This document shows, one piece after another, positions 47,844 through 57,005 of a stretch of DNA of 58,640 nucleotides. The DNA is taken from assembly GCA_031411835.1 (NCBI GenBank), contig JANOBV010000136.1:1-58640 (forward strand). Direction: 5' to 3'. Source of the stretch: Bacteroidota bacterium. Lineage in GTDB: Bacteria > Bacteroidota > Bacteroidia > AKYH767-A > 2013-40CM-41-45. The translations under genes were made by a program, and so were the position numbers. The notes beneath the pieces were generated by a model. That model did no database searches and was not told the DNA's origin. It worked only from the letters and a program-made list of their open reading frames with translations. Numbering within the stretch: position 1 is the first letter of the stretch; each line of letters begins with the position of its first letter.

Positions 47844-48272
47844 ATGAATAAACCCTCTAGAAAAACAGGAAGTACGCTTACTATGATTGTAATAATCATT
47901 CTTGCGTTACTCACCCTTGCAGTAAAAAGGTGTAATAAAGCAAAGGAAAGCAAAGTTGATAGACCTGTTACTTCGGTTGAAGGAGATTGGAGGCATCATA
48001 AACTTGTCTTTACAAAACATGCTCGGTGCAGAATGGAGTGTAGAGATATTTCACAAAATGAAGTTGAGTACATTCTTGCGAATGGGATAATAAATGAAAG
48101 TAAAAGTAAAGAGGAAAATGACGAGGCAACAGGACATTGTCCTACAATCGCTTTAGAAGGAAAAACCAATGATGGCCAGCAAGTGCGAATAGTGTTCGGT
48201 GCTTGTGATAAAATCACCAAAGTGATTACTGCAATTGATCTTGGCGTGGAGCATAATTGTGATTGCCGATGA
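47844..48272 (+). CDS. DUF4258 domain protein with membrane anchor
   Basis: TKHARCRMECRDIS..EV..IL..G, RIVF, VITAID. Confidence 0.8.
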   Translation: MNKPSRKTGSTLTMIVIIILALLTLAVKRCNKAKESKVDRPVTSVEGDWRHHKLVFTKHARCRMECRDISQNEVEYILANGIINESKSKEENDEATGHCPTIALEGKTNDGQQVRIVFGACDKITKVITAIDLGVEHNCDCR

Positions 48273-48363
48273 TCAATAAAGAAGAATAGCTAATTTGTGG
48301 ATGAAGCTATCGGATTTCAGAATCGTTTCTCGAATAACAAATTATAAATATTGATTTAGAATA

Positions 48364-49539
48364 GTGAAAAGTATTACTAGAACAGTTTGGATATTATCAC
48401 TAGTTAGTTTGTTTACAGACGTAGCTAGTGAAATGCTTTATCCAATAATGCCGATCTATTTGAAGTCGATTGGATTTTCAATTGTTTTGATAGGAATACT
48501 TGAAGGAGTCGCAGAGGCAATCGCTGGACTTAGCAAAGGATATTTTGGAAGGCTTTCAGATGCTTCCGGTAAAAGAGTTCCGTTTGTTCAACTTGGGTAC
48601 GCATTCAGCACAATCTCAAAGCCAATGATGGCGCTCTTTGTTTATCCAATATGGATCTTTTTTGCAAGAACGATCGATCGTTTTGGAAAGGGAATTCGTA
48701 CAGGAGCAAGGGATGCAATTCTTTCCGATGAAGCTACAGAAGCAACAAAAGGTAGAGTATTTGGCTTTCATCGAGCAATGGATACTCTAGGTGCGGTGAT
48801 TGGTCCGTCATTAGCGTTACTGTATTTGTATTACAACCCACTTGATTATAAAACACTTTTTTATATTGCTTTTTTGCCTGGAGTATTGGCAGTTTCTGTT
48901 AGTTTCTATTTAAAGGAGCAAAAAAAGGAAAAGGTAGATTCGAGAAAGAAAGTTCCAGTGTTTTCTTTTCTTAAATATTGGAAAGAGAGTCCTGCGCAAT
49001 ATAGAAAATTGGTAATTGGATTATTGTTGTTTACAATTGTGAATAGCTCAGATGTCTTTTTGCTTTTAAAAGCTAAGCAATCGGGAATGAATGATACAAT
49101 GGTCATTGGAGTTTATATTTTCTATAACCTCATTTATGCTTTGTTTTCATTTCCTGTTGGTATTATCGCAGATAAAATCGGGTTACGAACAATTTTCATT
49201 TTAGGAATAATACTTTTCTCGGGAGTATATTTTGGAATGTCTTTAAATACAAGTACAGAAGTAATTTTCGGATTGTTTTTTCTGTATGGAATATATGCCT
49301 CTGCGACAGAAGGAATTTCCAAAGCTTGGATCGCAAACATAATTGATAAGAAAGATACTGCTACTGCAATTGGCACTTATACAGGATTGCAAAGTATTTG
49401 TACTATGATTGCAAGTTCACTAACAGGATTGATCTGGTTTAGTTTCGGAGCAACGGTTGCATTTATTATAACTGCAAGTGTGGTATTAGTTGTAGTCTTC
49501 TATCTTTTGATTTTCACTGTTCCTGTTTCAAAAAAATGA
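48364..49539 (+). CDS. MFS transporter
   Basis: GRLSDASGKR motif A, DRFGKGIRTGARDA, about 12 TM. Confidence 0.92.
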   Translation: MKSITRTVWILSLVSLFTDVASEMLYPIMPIYLKSIGFSIVLIGILEGVAEAIAGLSKGYFGRLSDASGKRVPFVQLGYAFSTISKPMMALFVYPIWIFFARTIDRFGKGIRTGARDAILSDEATEATKGRVFGFHRAMDTLGAVIGPSLALLYLYYNPLDYKTLFYIAFLPGVLAVSVSFYLKEQKKEKVDSRKKVPVFSFLKYWKESPAQYRKLVIGLLLFTIVNSSDVFLLLKAKQSGMNDTMVIGVYIFYNLIYALFSFPVGIIADKIGLRTIFILGIILFSGVYFGMSLNTSTEVIFGLFFLYGIYASATEGISKAWIANIIDKKDTATAIGTYTGLQSICTMIASSLTGLIWFSFGATVAFIITASVVLVVVFYLLIFTVPVSKK

Positions 49540-49565
49540 ATCGACTTATTGTCCAAAATTTCCAA

Positions 49566-50081
49566 TTACGAAATTCGATAATATACACCAGGATGCTCGT
49601 GAAAAACATAATCCTTCCAATATGTCATACCGCATTTTTCAAGGACGCGAATGCTGGCTACGTTTTCTTTCATCGCACGACCGACGATAATTGGGAATTT
49701 TAATTCGTGTAAGCCAAAATTTATACATGCTTGTGATGCTTCTGTAGCATAATTTTTCCCCCAGTATTCTCTATGCAGTCGATAACCGATATCGATCTCG
49801 TCTTTTGGTTCAAAGTATTTCAATCCACACCAGCCAATAAATGCTCCGGCAGATTTTTCTATCATGGCCCATCGTCCAATTGGAACATTTGTTATTGATA
49901 GGGGAGGAATTTTGTATTGGTAATTCTTTAGGAAAATTTCCGCAGCTTCAAGATCAGTAAATGTAACATCACCGGTGTATTTAACAACTTCCGGATCATT
50001 ATTTAGTTGAAAAAATTCTTTCGCATCTTCATTAATAAATTCACGAAGGAATAGTCTTTCTGTTTCGAGTATATATTTCAT
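49566..50081 (-). CDS. GNAT N-acetyltransferase (RimJ/RimL family)
   Basis: LETERLFLR, WGKNYATEA, NVASIRVLEKCG. Confidence 0.92.
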   Translation of the reverse strand: MKYILETERLFLREFINEDAKEFFQLNNDPEVVKYTGDVTFTDLEAAEIFLKNYQYKIPPLSITNVPIGRWAMIEKSAGAFIGWCGLKYFEPKDEIDIGYRLHREYWGKNYATEASQACINFGLHELKFPIIVGRAMKENVASIRVLEKCGMTYWKDYVFHEHPGVYYRIS

Positions 50082-50095
50082 AAATGCTTCAGCAC

Positions 50096-50160
50096 TTTAA
50101 TCCCATTAGACAATTTAAACCCATTAAACTCTTTAAACCCCTTTAAACAATTTTAAAAAC
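50096..50160. repeat. Degenerate ~9-mer tandem repeat (TTAAACCCA-like)
   Basis: ttaatccca ttagacaat ttaaaccca ttaaactct ttaaacccct ttaaacaatt ttaaa. Confidence 0.55.
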
Positions 50161-50161
50161 A

Positions 50162-50557
50162 TCAAGCCTTCCCAATACCCAATTCCGCCTTCTTCTTATC
50201 GTATCGTACAAAGAAATTGATCCAAATAATTCTTGACCAATGAAAAGTAAGTGGACTTAACAAAACAATTGTTACCGCCTGGAAACCGATAAAGAAAGCT
50301 GTCGTCCAGTCTAGGAACAATCCATACATAATGAACCATGAAATAAACCAGCCTGATGTCAGTGCATAGGAAACGTACATAGCTCCAAAGAAGTACCCCG
50401 GTTCTTTCTCATAGATCTCTCCACAATGTGAACAATTCTTTTCCATTAAGAACATTCCTTTTAAGCGATAGGGATTAGTGTGTGTAAAAACTTTTCCTTG
50501 ATGGCAACGCGGACATTTGTTTGCGGCCATAGAATAGAGGATTTCAGTTAACATCAT
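50162..50557 (-). CDS. DUF983 domain protein
   Basis: CPRC..G, CSHCG..EKEPGYFFGAMYVSY, two TM. Confidence 0.88.
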   Translation of the reverse strand: MMLTEILYSMAANKCPRCHQGKVFTHTNPYRLKGMFLMEKNCSHCGEIYEKEPGYFFGAMYVSYALTSGWFISWFIMYGLFLDWTTAFFIGFQAVTIVLLSPLTFHWSRIIWINFFVRYDKKKAELGIGKA

Positions 50558-50605
50558 TCTGCAAATATAACTAACTAATTGCTTAGAATGAAGTATGAAG
50601 GATGA

Positions 50606-50625
50606 ATCCCGATAGCTATCGTGAT
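50606..50625. repeat. Imperfect 20-bp palindrome ATCCCGATAGCTATCGTGAT (REP-like)
   Basis: One mismatch from perfect ATCCCGATAGCTATCGGGAT, embedded in a degenerate heptamer tract. Confidence 0.5.
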
Positions 50626-50726
50626 GAAAAATTGAGGATTAGGTAGAGCGTGACTATATTGGTAGGTGGCTATTTCTTAAACCCATTACAATGATTAAAT
50701 CCTTCAATAGTCATGGTTGAACATTA

Positions 50727-52010
50727 TCAAATTTCTGCTACAACAAATGTGCTCCCGCCAATAAAGATCATGTCATTTACAGTGTAATTTGTTTTTGCTG
50801 CATCTATAGCTGATTTGACGGAAACATAAGATTCTCCAATTAGGCCAAATTTTTTTGCAGTCGTTTTTAATTCTTCAGCATTTAGTGCTCGAGGAATATT
50901 TGCTTGGCAAAAATAATACTTTGCATTTTTAGGAAGCAGTTCAAGAATTCCTGATACGTCTTTGTCATTTACTACTCCAAGGACCATATGAAGATTTTCA
51001 AAATTATATTCTTTTAGTTGATCTAAGATTAATTTTATTCCGGCTTTATTGTGTCCAACATCGCAAATGATCAAAGGTGAGTCGGAGATTTTTTGCCAGC
51101 GTCCCATTAAGCCTGTAGATAGTTGGACATTTTTTAATCCAGATCGAATATGTTCTTCCGATATTTCCCAACCTTTTTTTTGAAGCTGAAGAATAGACTC
51201 TATTACTCCACATATATTTTTTTGCTGATAGTTGCCATTTAAACTCAATTCTAAATTTTCAAATAGCGGTATTGAGTCGTTGTAGATGTTATAAAATTGA
51301 GAGTTGGCTGATTTATTTATTTTCTCCGCTTTGATTTTGTCTGAGGCAAATGTAATCTCTGTTGAATTGTTATTTGCTTTTTCAATAAATACAGAAACAG
51401 TTTTTTCTTGTCTCTCGCTGATTACAACCGGGATATTTGGTTTTATTATTCCGGCCTTTTCAAATGCAATTTTCTCAAGTGTGTCGCCCAAAAGTTGCAT
51501 GTGGTCATAGCTAATGTTCGTGATCAATGAAAGTTCGGGTGTAATAATGTTTGTAGAATCTAATCGTCCACCAAGACCGGTTTCAATGATCGCTATATCC
51601 ACTTTCTCTCTAGCGAAATAATCGAAAGCAAGTCCAACCGTCCATTCAAAAAAACTGAGTTGAATCTGTTCAAAGTTTTGCTTGTGAGATTCAACAAAAC
51701 CAATGACCTCTTTCTCTGGTATCATTTCTCCATTGATCTTGATTCGTTCTCTGAAATCTTTTAAGTGTGGCGAAGTGTACAATCCTGTTTTGTATCCGGC
51801 AGATTGGAAAATAGCAGCTAACATATGCGAACTAGAACCCTTCCCATTTGTTCCGGCAATATGTACAGATTTGAAGCGGTTTTGAGGATATTCAAGTATT
51901 TTGCAAAGTGCAAGGGTGTTATTTAAATCAGCTTTATATGCAGCTGCCCCGATCCTATGGAACATAGGTAGCTGTGAAAATAGGTATGCTAATGTCTGTT
52001 GATAATTCAC
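50727..52010 (-). CDS. folC: Bifunctional folylpolyglutamate synthase/dihydrofolate synthase
   Basis: HIAGTNGKGS, YTSPHL, ETGLGGRLDSTN, EKAGIIK, DVGHN; GTG start at 52010 preferred. Confidence 0.95.
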   Translation of the reverse strand: MNYQQTLAYLFSQLPMFHRIGAAAYKADLNNTLALCKILEYPQNRFKSVHIAGTNGKGSSSHMLAAIFQSAGYKTGLYTSPHLKDFRERIKINGEMIPEKEVIGFVESHKQNFEQIQLSFFEWTVGLAFDYFAREKVDIAIIETGLGGRLDSTNIITPELSLITNISYDHMQLLGDTLEKIAFEKAGIIKPNIPVVISERQEKTVSVFIEKANNNSTEITFASDKIKAEKINKSANSQFYNIYNDSIPLFENLELSLNGNYQQKNICGVIESILQLQKKGWEISEEHIRSGLKNVQLSTGLMGRWQKISDSPLIICDVGHNKAGIKLILDQLKEYNFENLHMVLGVVNDKDVSGILELLPKNAKYYFCQANIPRALNAEELKTTAKKFGLIGESYVSVKSAIDAAKTNYTVNDMIFIGGSTFVVAEI

Positions 52011-52133
52011 TTTTGACTTGTGATTATTTAGTTTCCGGATGCAATTTACGGCCAATTTAGATGCTAAAATGAAATTATTTTTTGCATGGAAAGGAATTTT
52101 TTCTAAATTGCTAACGCTAACAATCACAATATT

Positions 52134-52349
52134 ATGTCAATTAAGAATAGAACTGCCAAGAAGCTCATAAGTACTTGGCCTCAAAGGCTTGCTTTGTCAG
52201 GTGTAGTTGCTTTTATAGTATGGAGTATAGCAGAAGAGAACCTGATCATATTCTTATCATCATGGATAATTGCACATTTAATTTTGAGTATGTGGAATGC
52301 AAAAATTCCTGATGTTAAAACAAACTTCAATGAGGAAATGCGGTATTAG
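52134..52349 (+). CDS. Small 2-TM hypothetical protein
   Basis: ATG start, two hydrophobic segments, divergent from folC. Confidence 0.5.
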   Translation: MSIKNRTAKKLISTWPQRLALSGVVAFIVWSIAEENLIIFLSSWIIAHLILSMWNAKIPDVKTNFNEEMRY

Positions 52350-52499
52350 TTTTTTTATTTAAAAGTTGTTTCTCTTTTTATATTTAAAATTTAATGTTTA
52401 AAGTTTATTTTGTTTCATTTTTAAATTAATTTCTCCGTAACCCATATTTCATTATCTTAATTTAATTTTACTTCCGACGTTCGCAATTAAGCATCAAAG

Positions 52500-52538
52500 T
52501 GCTAATTACCACTTACCACTTACCACTTACTATTTACC
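52500..52538 (-). repeat. TGGTAAG heptamer tract ending in TAGCA
   Basis: Minus strand GGTAAA TAGTAAG TGGTAAG TGGTAAG TGGTAAT TAGCA; overlaps the stop of 52530-52889. Confidence 0.7.
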
Positions 52539-52889
52539 ATTTTCAAGTGAAAAGTTCTTCCAAAAAATCGGTCTACACATTTTTATTCTTGCTTGCATTT
52601 TCTTTTCAATAACTTCCGGATTGTTCCTAACAAATTTTTGAATTTCAGTTTCTGATTCTGCTTCAAGTAAATTGATTATTCCACTTCCATTTTCAAATAA
52701 TGCAGCCATGATCAACCGTCCATCGGTATAAGCTTGGCGCATATAGTTTTCATGCCTTCGCAAATCAACGGTTGAAAATGTTTTATGGGATGGAAAGTTT
52801 TCTCCCATTGTCCATAAGATAAAGTAAAGATTTTTCAGACCACTTCTAAGACTTGAAGTAGAATCGATTTTGTCAAGAGGTACTATCAT
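52530..52889 (-). CDS. YciI-like hypothetical protein
   Basis: H..YM....GRL.MA, GIINLLEAES pattern. Confidence 0.5.
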   Translation of the reverse strand: MIVPLDKIDSTSSLRSGLKNLYFILWTMGENFPSHKTFSTVDLRRHENYMRQAYTDGRLIMAALFENGSGIINLLEAESETEIQKFVRNNPEVIEKKMQARIKMCRPIFWKNFSLENGK

Positions 52890-53049
52890 GGTTCGTGTGA
52901 TTTCCTGTGAAAAATAATGTGGTTAAATAAAGTTTATATCATACTCGTTCTTTTGTGTGTTCAATTGATATTCAAATATTCATTTTAAGTTTCAGAATAT
53001 TATCAGCATTGTGTCAGTTGTCTGTCATCGAAACGTCAGCCTCTTTAAT

Positions 53050-53086
53050 AGTTCAAAGTTGAAAGTTCAAGGTTCAAAGTTCTGAG
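53050..53086. repeat. Heptamer tandem repeat (AGTTCAA-like)
   Basis: agttcaa agttgaa agttcaa ggttcaa agttctg. Confidence 0.6.
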
Positions 53087-53157
53087 TGTTTTTGGAGAGC
53101 TGGATAGATTCTACTTGTAATGGTTTTAATTTGACTCTTTCTTGTTACATTTGTTGA

Positions 53158-54654
53158 ATGAGAATTCAATTGTTGACTTTCTTTCTGGTATTTTGCATGT
53201 TTGAAATGTCATTTGCTCAAACGCTAAATTTTTCTGATGAGATCAAAGAAAATAAAAATGCTAAATTCATGCGCACTTTAGGTGCTGATGAAAATGGAAA
53301 TATCTATTTATTAAGAAGTAATCTCTCACTCGACACTGATCGCGATAGATCCGGGTTTAAAAATCGTGTTTACTTTTTGCAGTATTTGAATGCCGATCTT
53401 AAATTGATTTGGGAAAAGGAGCTCTTAACATCATTTGAAGATGGTCACATTGCAGATGTTCAATTTAACAATGGCAGAGTAGTGGTAGTAGGCTTTTTAA
53501 ATGACAGAAAATCGAAGACTTATACATTTTACATTCAGTCGCTTGATGATAAAGGTGAATGGGTCAATAAGCCAAAAGAAATAGATAAACTAAGTTCAAT
53601 AGAATTAGATGAAGATGATAAGCCGGGAATCATTAATTCGCAAGATGAATTGTCAATAGCTTTTTCATATCGTAAAATTAGTGAAGACAAAAAATTTCAG
53701 ATCTATCAGGTACTAGTTATGGATACTGCATTTGGTGTTCAATACAAGAAGCAGATTGAGATCGAGGCTTCGATGGAAACCTATATTCCAATTTCGTTTT
53801 TGCTCTCTAATCGAAGTTGTTTTTTTGCTCTTGGTATTCATTACACGAATTTGAAAAAAGTAAAAAGCCAGGAAGAAGTTTACTATGAATTGCATGGTTA
53901 TAATCCTCTTTCCGGTCAGGTTCTTCATTCAGTTATAAAAAACGAAAACAAGTTTTTGACGGATGTAGGATTTACAATAGACAATATAAATAATAGAATT
54001 GTGGCAGCAGGGTTTTATTCTGATAAAACAACCTATTCAGTTGCCGGTGTTTTCTATAATTCGTTTACGGAAGACAGTCTTGTGCAATTATCATCTATGA
54101 GTTCTCCTTTCCCGGATTCATATCTGCAAAAGTTTATCGGCGAAAGAAAAGACAGTAAAAATAAAGAGCTAGTAAATTATTCCATTGATCGCTTGATAGT
54201 TCGTCGTGATGGCGGTGTTGCTATTCTTGCAGAGTCATTCAATCGTGCTGAACGGTCGTACTGGGATTACTATATGCAGACATACATTTACCACTACTAT
54301 TATCACTATGGAAATATTATGATCTTATCGATCAATCCGTCAGGTGAAATTTTATGGGGAAATGTAGTCAAGAAAGACCAAAATTCTGTTGATGACGAAG
54401 GGTATTCATCTTCGTATTTTAGTTCAATCGTAAATGGAAAAATAATTTCACTTTATAACAAATCTATAGACGATCAGGCTTCAGTACTGGTGACAACTGT
54501 TGATGGAATTGGTGCTCAGAAAACGGATGTTCTTTTTAATGAAAATCAAAGAGTAGAAATTATTCCTAAATCAAGTAAGCAAATTGATGAAGATGCAATT
54601 CTGTTGCCGGCTTATAAGGGGAATAAACTCTTTATCCTGAAAATCACGTATTAA
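53158..54654 (+). CDS. Exported hypothetical protein (beta-propeller-like)
   Basis: Signal peptide, beta-rich; TACATTTG -7 box at 53146-53153. Confidence 0.7.
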   Translation: MRIQLLTFFLVFCMFEMSFAQTLNFSDEIKENKNAKFMRTLGADENGNIYLLRSNLSLDTDRDRSGFKNRVYFLQYLNADLKLIWEKELLTSFEDGHIADVQFNNGRVVVVGFLNDRKSKTYTFYIQSLDDKGEWVNKPKEIDKLSSIELDEDDKPGIINSQDELSIAFSYRKISEDKKFQIYQVLVMDTAFGVQYKKQIEIEASMETYIPISFLLSNRSCFFALGIHYTNLKKVKSQEEVYYELHGYNPLSGQVLHSVIKNENKFLTDVGFTIDNINNRIVAAGFYSDKTTYSVAGVFYNSFTEDSLVQLSSMSSPFPDSYLQKFIGERKDSKNKELVNYSIDRLIVRRDGGVAILAESFNRAERSYWDYYMQTYIYHYYYHYGNIMILSINPSGEILWGNVVKKDQNSVDDEGYSSSYFSSIVNGKIISLYNKSIDDQASVLVTTVDGIGAQKTDVLFNENQRVEIIPKSSKQIDEDAILLPAYKGNKLFILKITY

Positions 54655-54665
54655 CTATTCGATAT

Positions 54666-55676
54666 TTAACTTTTTTGAAGTAGAATTTTTTGCCCGGCAG
54701 GAATAGAGGCACCATCATTCAATGCGTTGTACTTATAAAGATATTTTGTTTTAATTCCATATTCGTGAGCGATAGAAAAAATGGTGTCGCCAGGTTTTGT
54801 AATATAAAATTTTCTTTCACCTTCTTTTTTCTTTGGTTGGATGTAAACAATTTGACCATCAGTGAGTGTTGCATCTTCAGTAGTCTCATTGTATTTAGGT
54901 AATTGCCAATAACCAAGATTCAATTCTTTAGCAAGACTGTGGTAAGTATCGCCGGAATGTGCAATAACATATTTGATTCCATTCTTTTGCTTAACACTTC
55001 TGCTTGCAAATGGATCAACAACATCAACAGAAGGAACAAATACTCGTTTTTCTTTGATATCTTTTTTAGGAATTGATTCAGCAATTACTTCATCATTTGA
55101 AGTATTTGTTGAAGCCGATGTAGAAGAAGGAATTGGAGTTTTGGAATCTGCATAAAGCGGAAGTTCTTCTTCCGAATCCAATAAGTGTAGTTGGTATTCG
55201 TCAATTATTTTAATCAGACGATCTGCATAAGAAGGATCAGTTGCATATCCTGCTTTTTTCAATCCCTTTGCCCAAGCTTTGTAATCCGTTTTGTCAAGTT
55301 CAAACAAAAATGCATAACGTGGACGAGTCTTTAAGAAATTACTGTGATCATCATATGATTCTAAAGCTGTATTGTATTTTCTAAAGCATTCATCTTTTGC
55401 ATCATCATCTTGTGTGTACGATGGTCCGTTCCAGTTCGAACATTTTATTCCGAAGTGATTGTTTGCTTCAATTGCAAGTGGACTATTGCCATCACTCGAT
55501 TCAAGACAAGCTTGTGCCATCGTAATACTAGCAGGCACACCCGATTTGATCATTTCACGGATAGCGTCGTCTTTATGCTCGGTTATATAACGCATCCGCG
55601 CAGCTTTTGGGTCTGCAGCAAAAGTGTTATTTAAACTGATAAATGTGAAGAAGGTAAGAAAGGATTTTACTTTCAT
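54666..55676 (-). CDS. Glucosaminidase (GH73) with two LysM domains
   Basis: PASITMAQACLES, NNHFGIKC, GYATDPSYA; two GDT..S(L/I)A LysM repeats. Confidence 0.92.
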   Translation of the reverse strand: MKVKSFLTFFTFISLNNTFAADPKAARMRYITEHKDDAIREMIKSGVPASITMAQACLESSDGNSPLAIEANNHFGIKCSNWNGPSYTQDDDAKDECFRKYNTALESYDDHSNFLKTRPRYAFLFELDKTDYKAWAKGLKKAGYATDPSYADRLIKIIDEYQLHLLDSEEELPLYADSKTPIPSSTSASTNTSNDEVIAESIPKKDIKEKRVFVPSVDVVDPFASRSVKQKNGIKYVIAHSGDTYHSLAKELNLGYWQLPKYNETTEDATLTDGQIVYIQPKKKEGERKFYITKPGDTIFSIAHEYGIKTKYLYKYNALNDGASIPAGQKILLQKS

Positions 55677-55793
55677 AAGATGTAAACGAGATTTACCCGA
55701 TGTTATTTGTTGTGTTAATACGAGAATCTTACAGTGTAAGATACATCTTTTGTACTAATTAATATTCCGTTTTATAGATGTAACTTGGGTTGT

Positions 55794-56678
55794 TTATGGA
55801 AAAAATGGATAAATTCCACCTGTGTGAATCGCCGTAATACTACTATGCGCAGGAAAAGTTTCTTTTTTCAGTAAATCTTGTAAGGCCCAAAACATTTTGC
55901 CGGTATAGATAGGTTCAATCTGAATTCGGTTAAGAAAATAAAATTCTCTACAAAATTCTTCAAGTACAGTTGTTTTCTTTGCGTAACCGCCAAAATGATA
56001 ATCGTAATACAATGTGATCTTCGAAAGGTCGCCACCTAATGAGGAAATGTTTTCATTCATGAAACTTTCCGCTTTCAATACAGGTATTCCGTGGATGTGC
56101 TGATTTAGTTTTGCGCCTTTCGATAAACCAGCAACAGTCGCTCCTGTTCCACAGGCGCAAAAAATATTTTCTGTGCCAATTAATTCTGTGGCCATTTCAG
56201 CGGTTCCTTCAACTGCCGCAGCATTTGATCCACCTTCAGGGAGTATAAATACATCATCAGGATTTTTAATGATTCCTTCTGCAAAAAGTTTTAGCAGCAG
56301 TGTTGAAATATAATCAGCATTATTTTTCAGTCGATATTCTTCGCGACTAATGAAAATTATTTTCATCTTATTTTCCTGCATGAATTGTATGCAAGGATTT
56401 GAAACAACATCGCCCCTAATAATTCCTATGCTATCAATTCCCAATTGATTCGCAGCAGAAGATGTTGCGATTAGGTGATTTGAAAATGCCCCGCCAAATG
56501 TGAGTATGACTTTTTTATTCTGTTCACGAAAGTCAATTAAATTGTATTTCAACTTCCGCCATTTATTCCCGCCAGTAAACGGATGCACCAGATCTTCGCG
56601 AAGAACCTTTATATGCCTCTCTCGGAATTCCGGCAATTTTACATCTTGAATTATCGGTTTGGATCGGATGTTTAGCAT
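55794..56678 (-). CDS. ACC deaminase/D-cysteine desulfhydrase family PLP enzyme
   Basis: REDL..GGNKWRKLKY, TFGGAFSNH, PEGGS, CACGTG, YTGK, HTGG; ATG 56678 preferred. Confidence 0.92.
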   Translation of the reverse strand: MLNIRSKPIIQDVKLPEFRERHIKVLREDLVHPFTGGNKWRKLKYNLIDFREQNKKVILTFGGAFSNHLIATSSAANQLGIDSIGIIRGDVVSNPCIQFMQENKMKIIFISREEYRLKNNADYISTLLLKLFAEGIIKNPDDVFILPEGGSNAAAVEGTAEMATELIGTENIFCACGTGATVAGLSKGAKLNQHIHGIPVLKAESFMNENISSLGGDLSKITLYYDYHFGGYAKKTTVLEEFCREFYFLNRIQIEPIYTGKMFWALQDLLKKETFPAHSSITAIHTGGIYPFFP

Positions 56679-56754
56679 GGGCAAAACTATGATTTTCTTT
56701 GTTATGGATTTCTGGTTTAAATTGGTTAAGGAGTTTAATGTGAATTCCGACACG

Positions 56755-56800
56755 CCTTAAACCATTTAAACCATTTAAACCATTTAAACAAATTGAACCC
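56755..56800. repeat. 9-mer tandem repeat (TTAAACCAT)
   Basis: ttaaaccat x3 then ttaaacaaa ttgaaccca, in a divergent intergenic region. Confidence 0.7.
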
Positions 56801-56834
56801 AAATTCAAGGTTTTTTGGTAAATTTGCCGCTTCA

Positions 56835-56999
56835 ATGGCCATCCAAGATAAATTTGATCCCGAAGACTATTATCTCTCCCCCGAGGGTTATATTATCTTT
56901 ACGGAGAAATATCATTTGAAACGAGGGTATTGTTGTCAAAGTGGCTGCAAACATTGTCCGTGGGATTTCAATAAGGCAAAATCAAAAAAAGAAAAATAA
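56835..56999 (+). CDS. DUF5522 family small Cys-rich protein
   Basis: DYY...G..FTEKYHLKRGYCCQSGCKHCPW. Confidence 0.85.
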   Translation: MAIQDKFDPEDYYLSPEGYIIFTEKYHLKRGYCCQSGCKHCPWDFNKAKSKKEK

Positions 57000-57005
57000 G
57001 CGATC

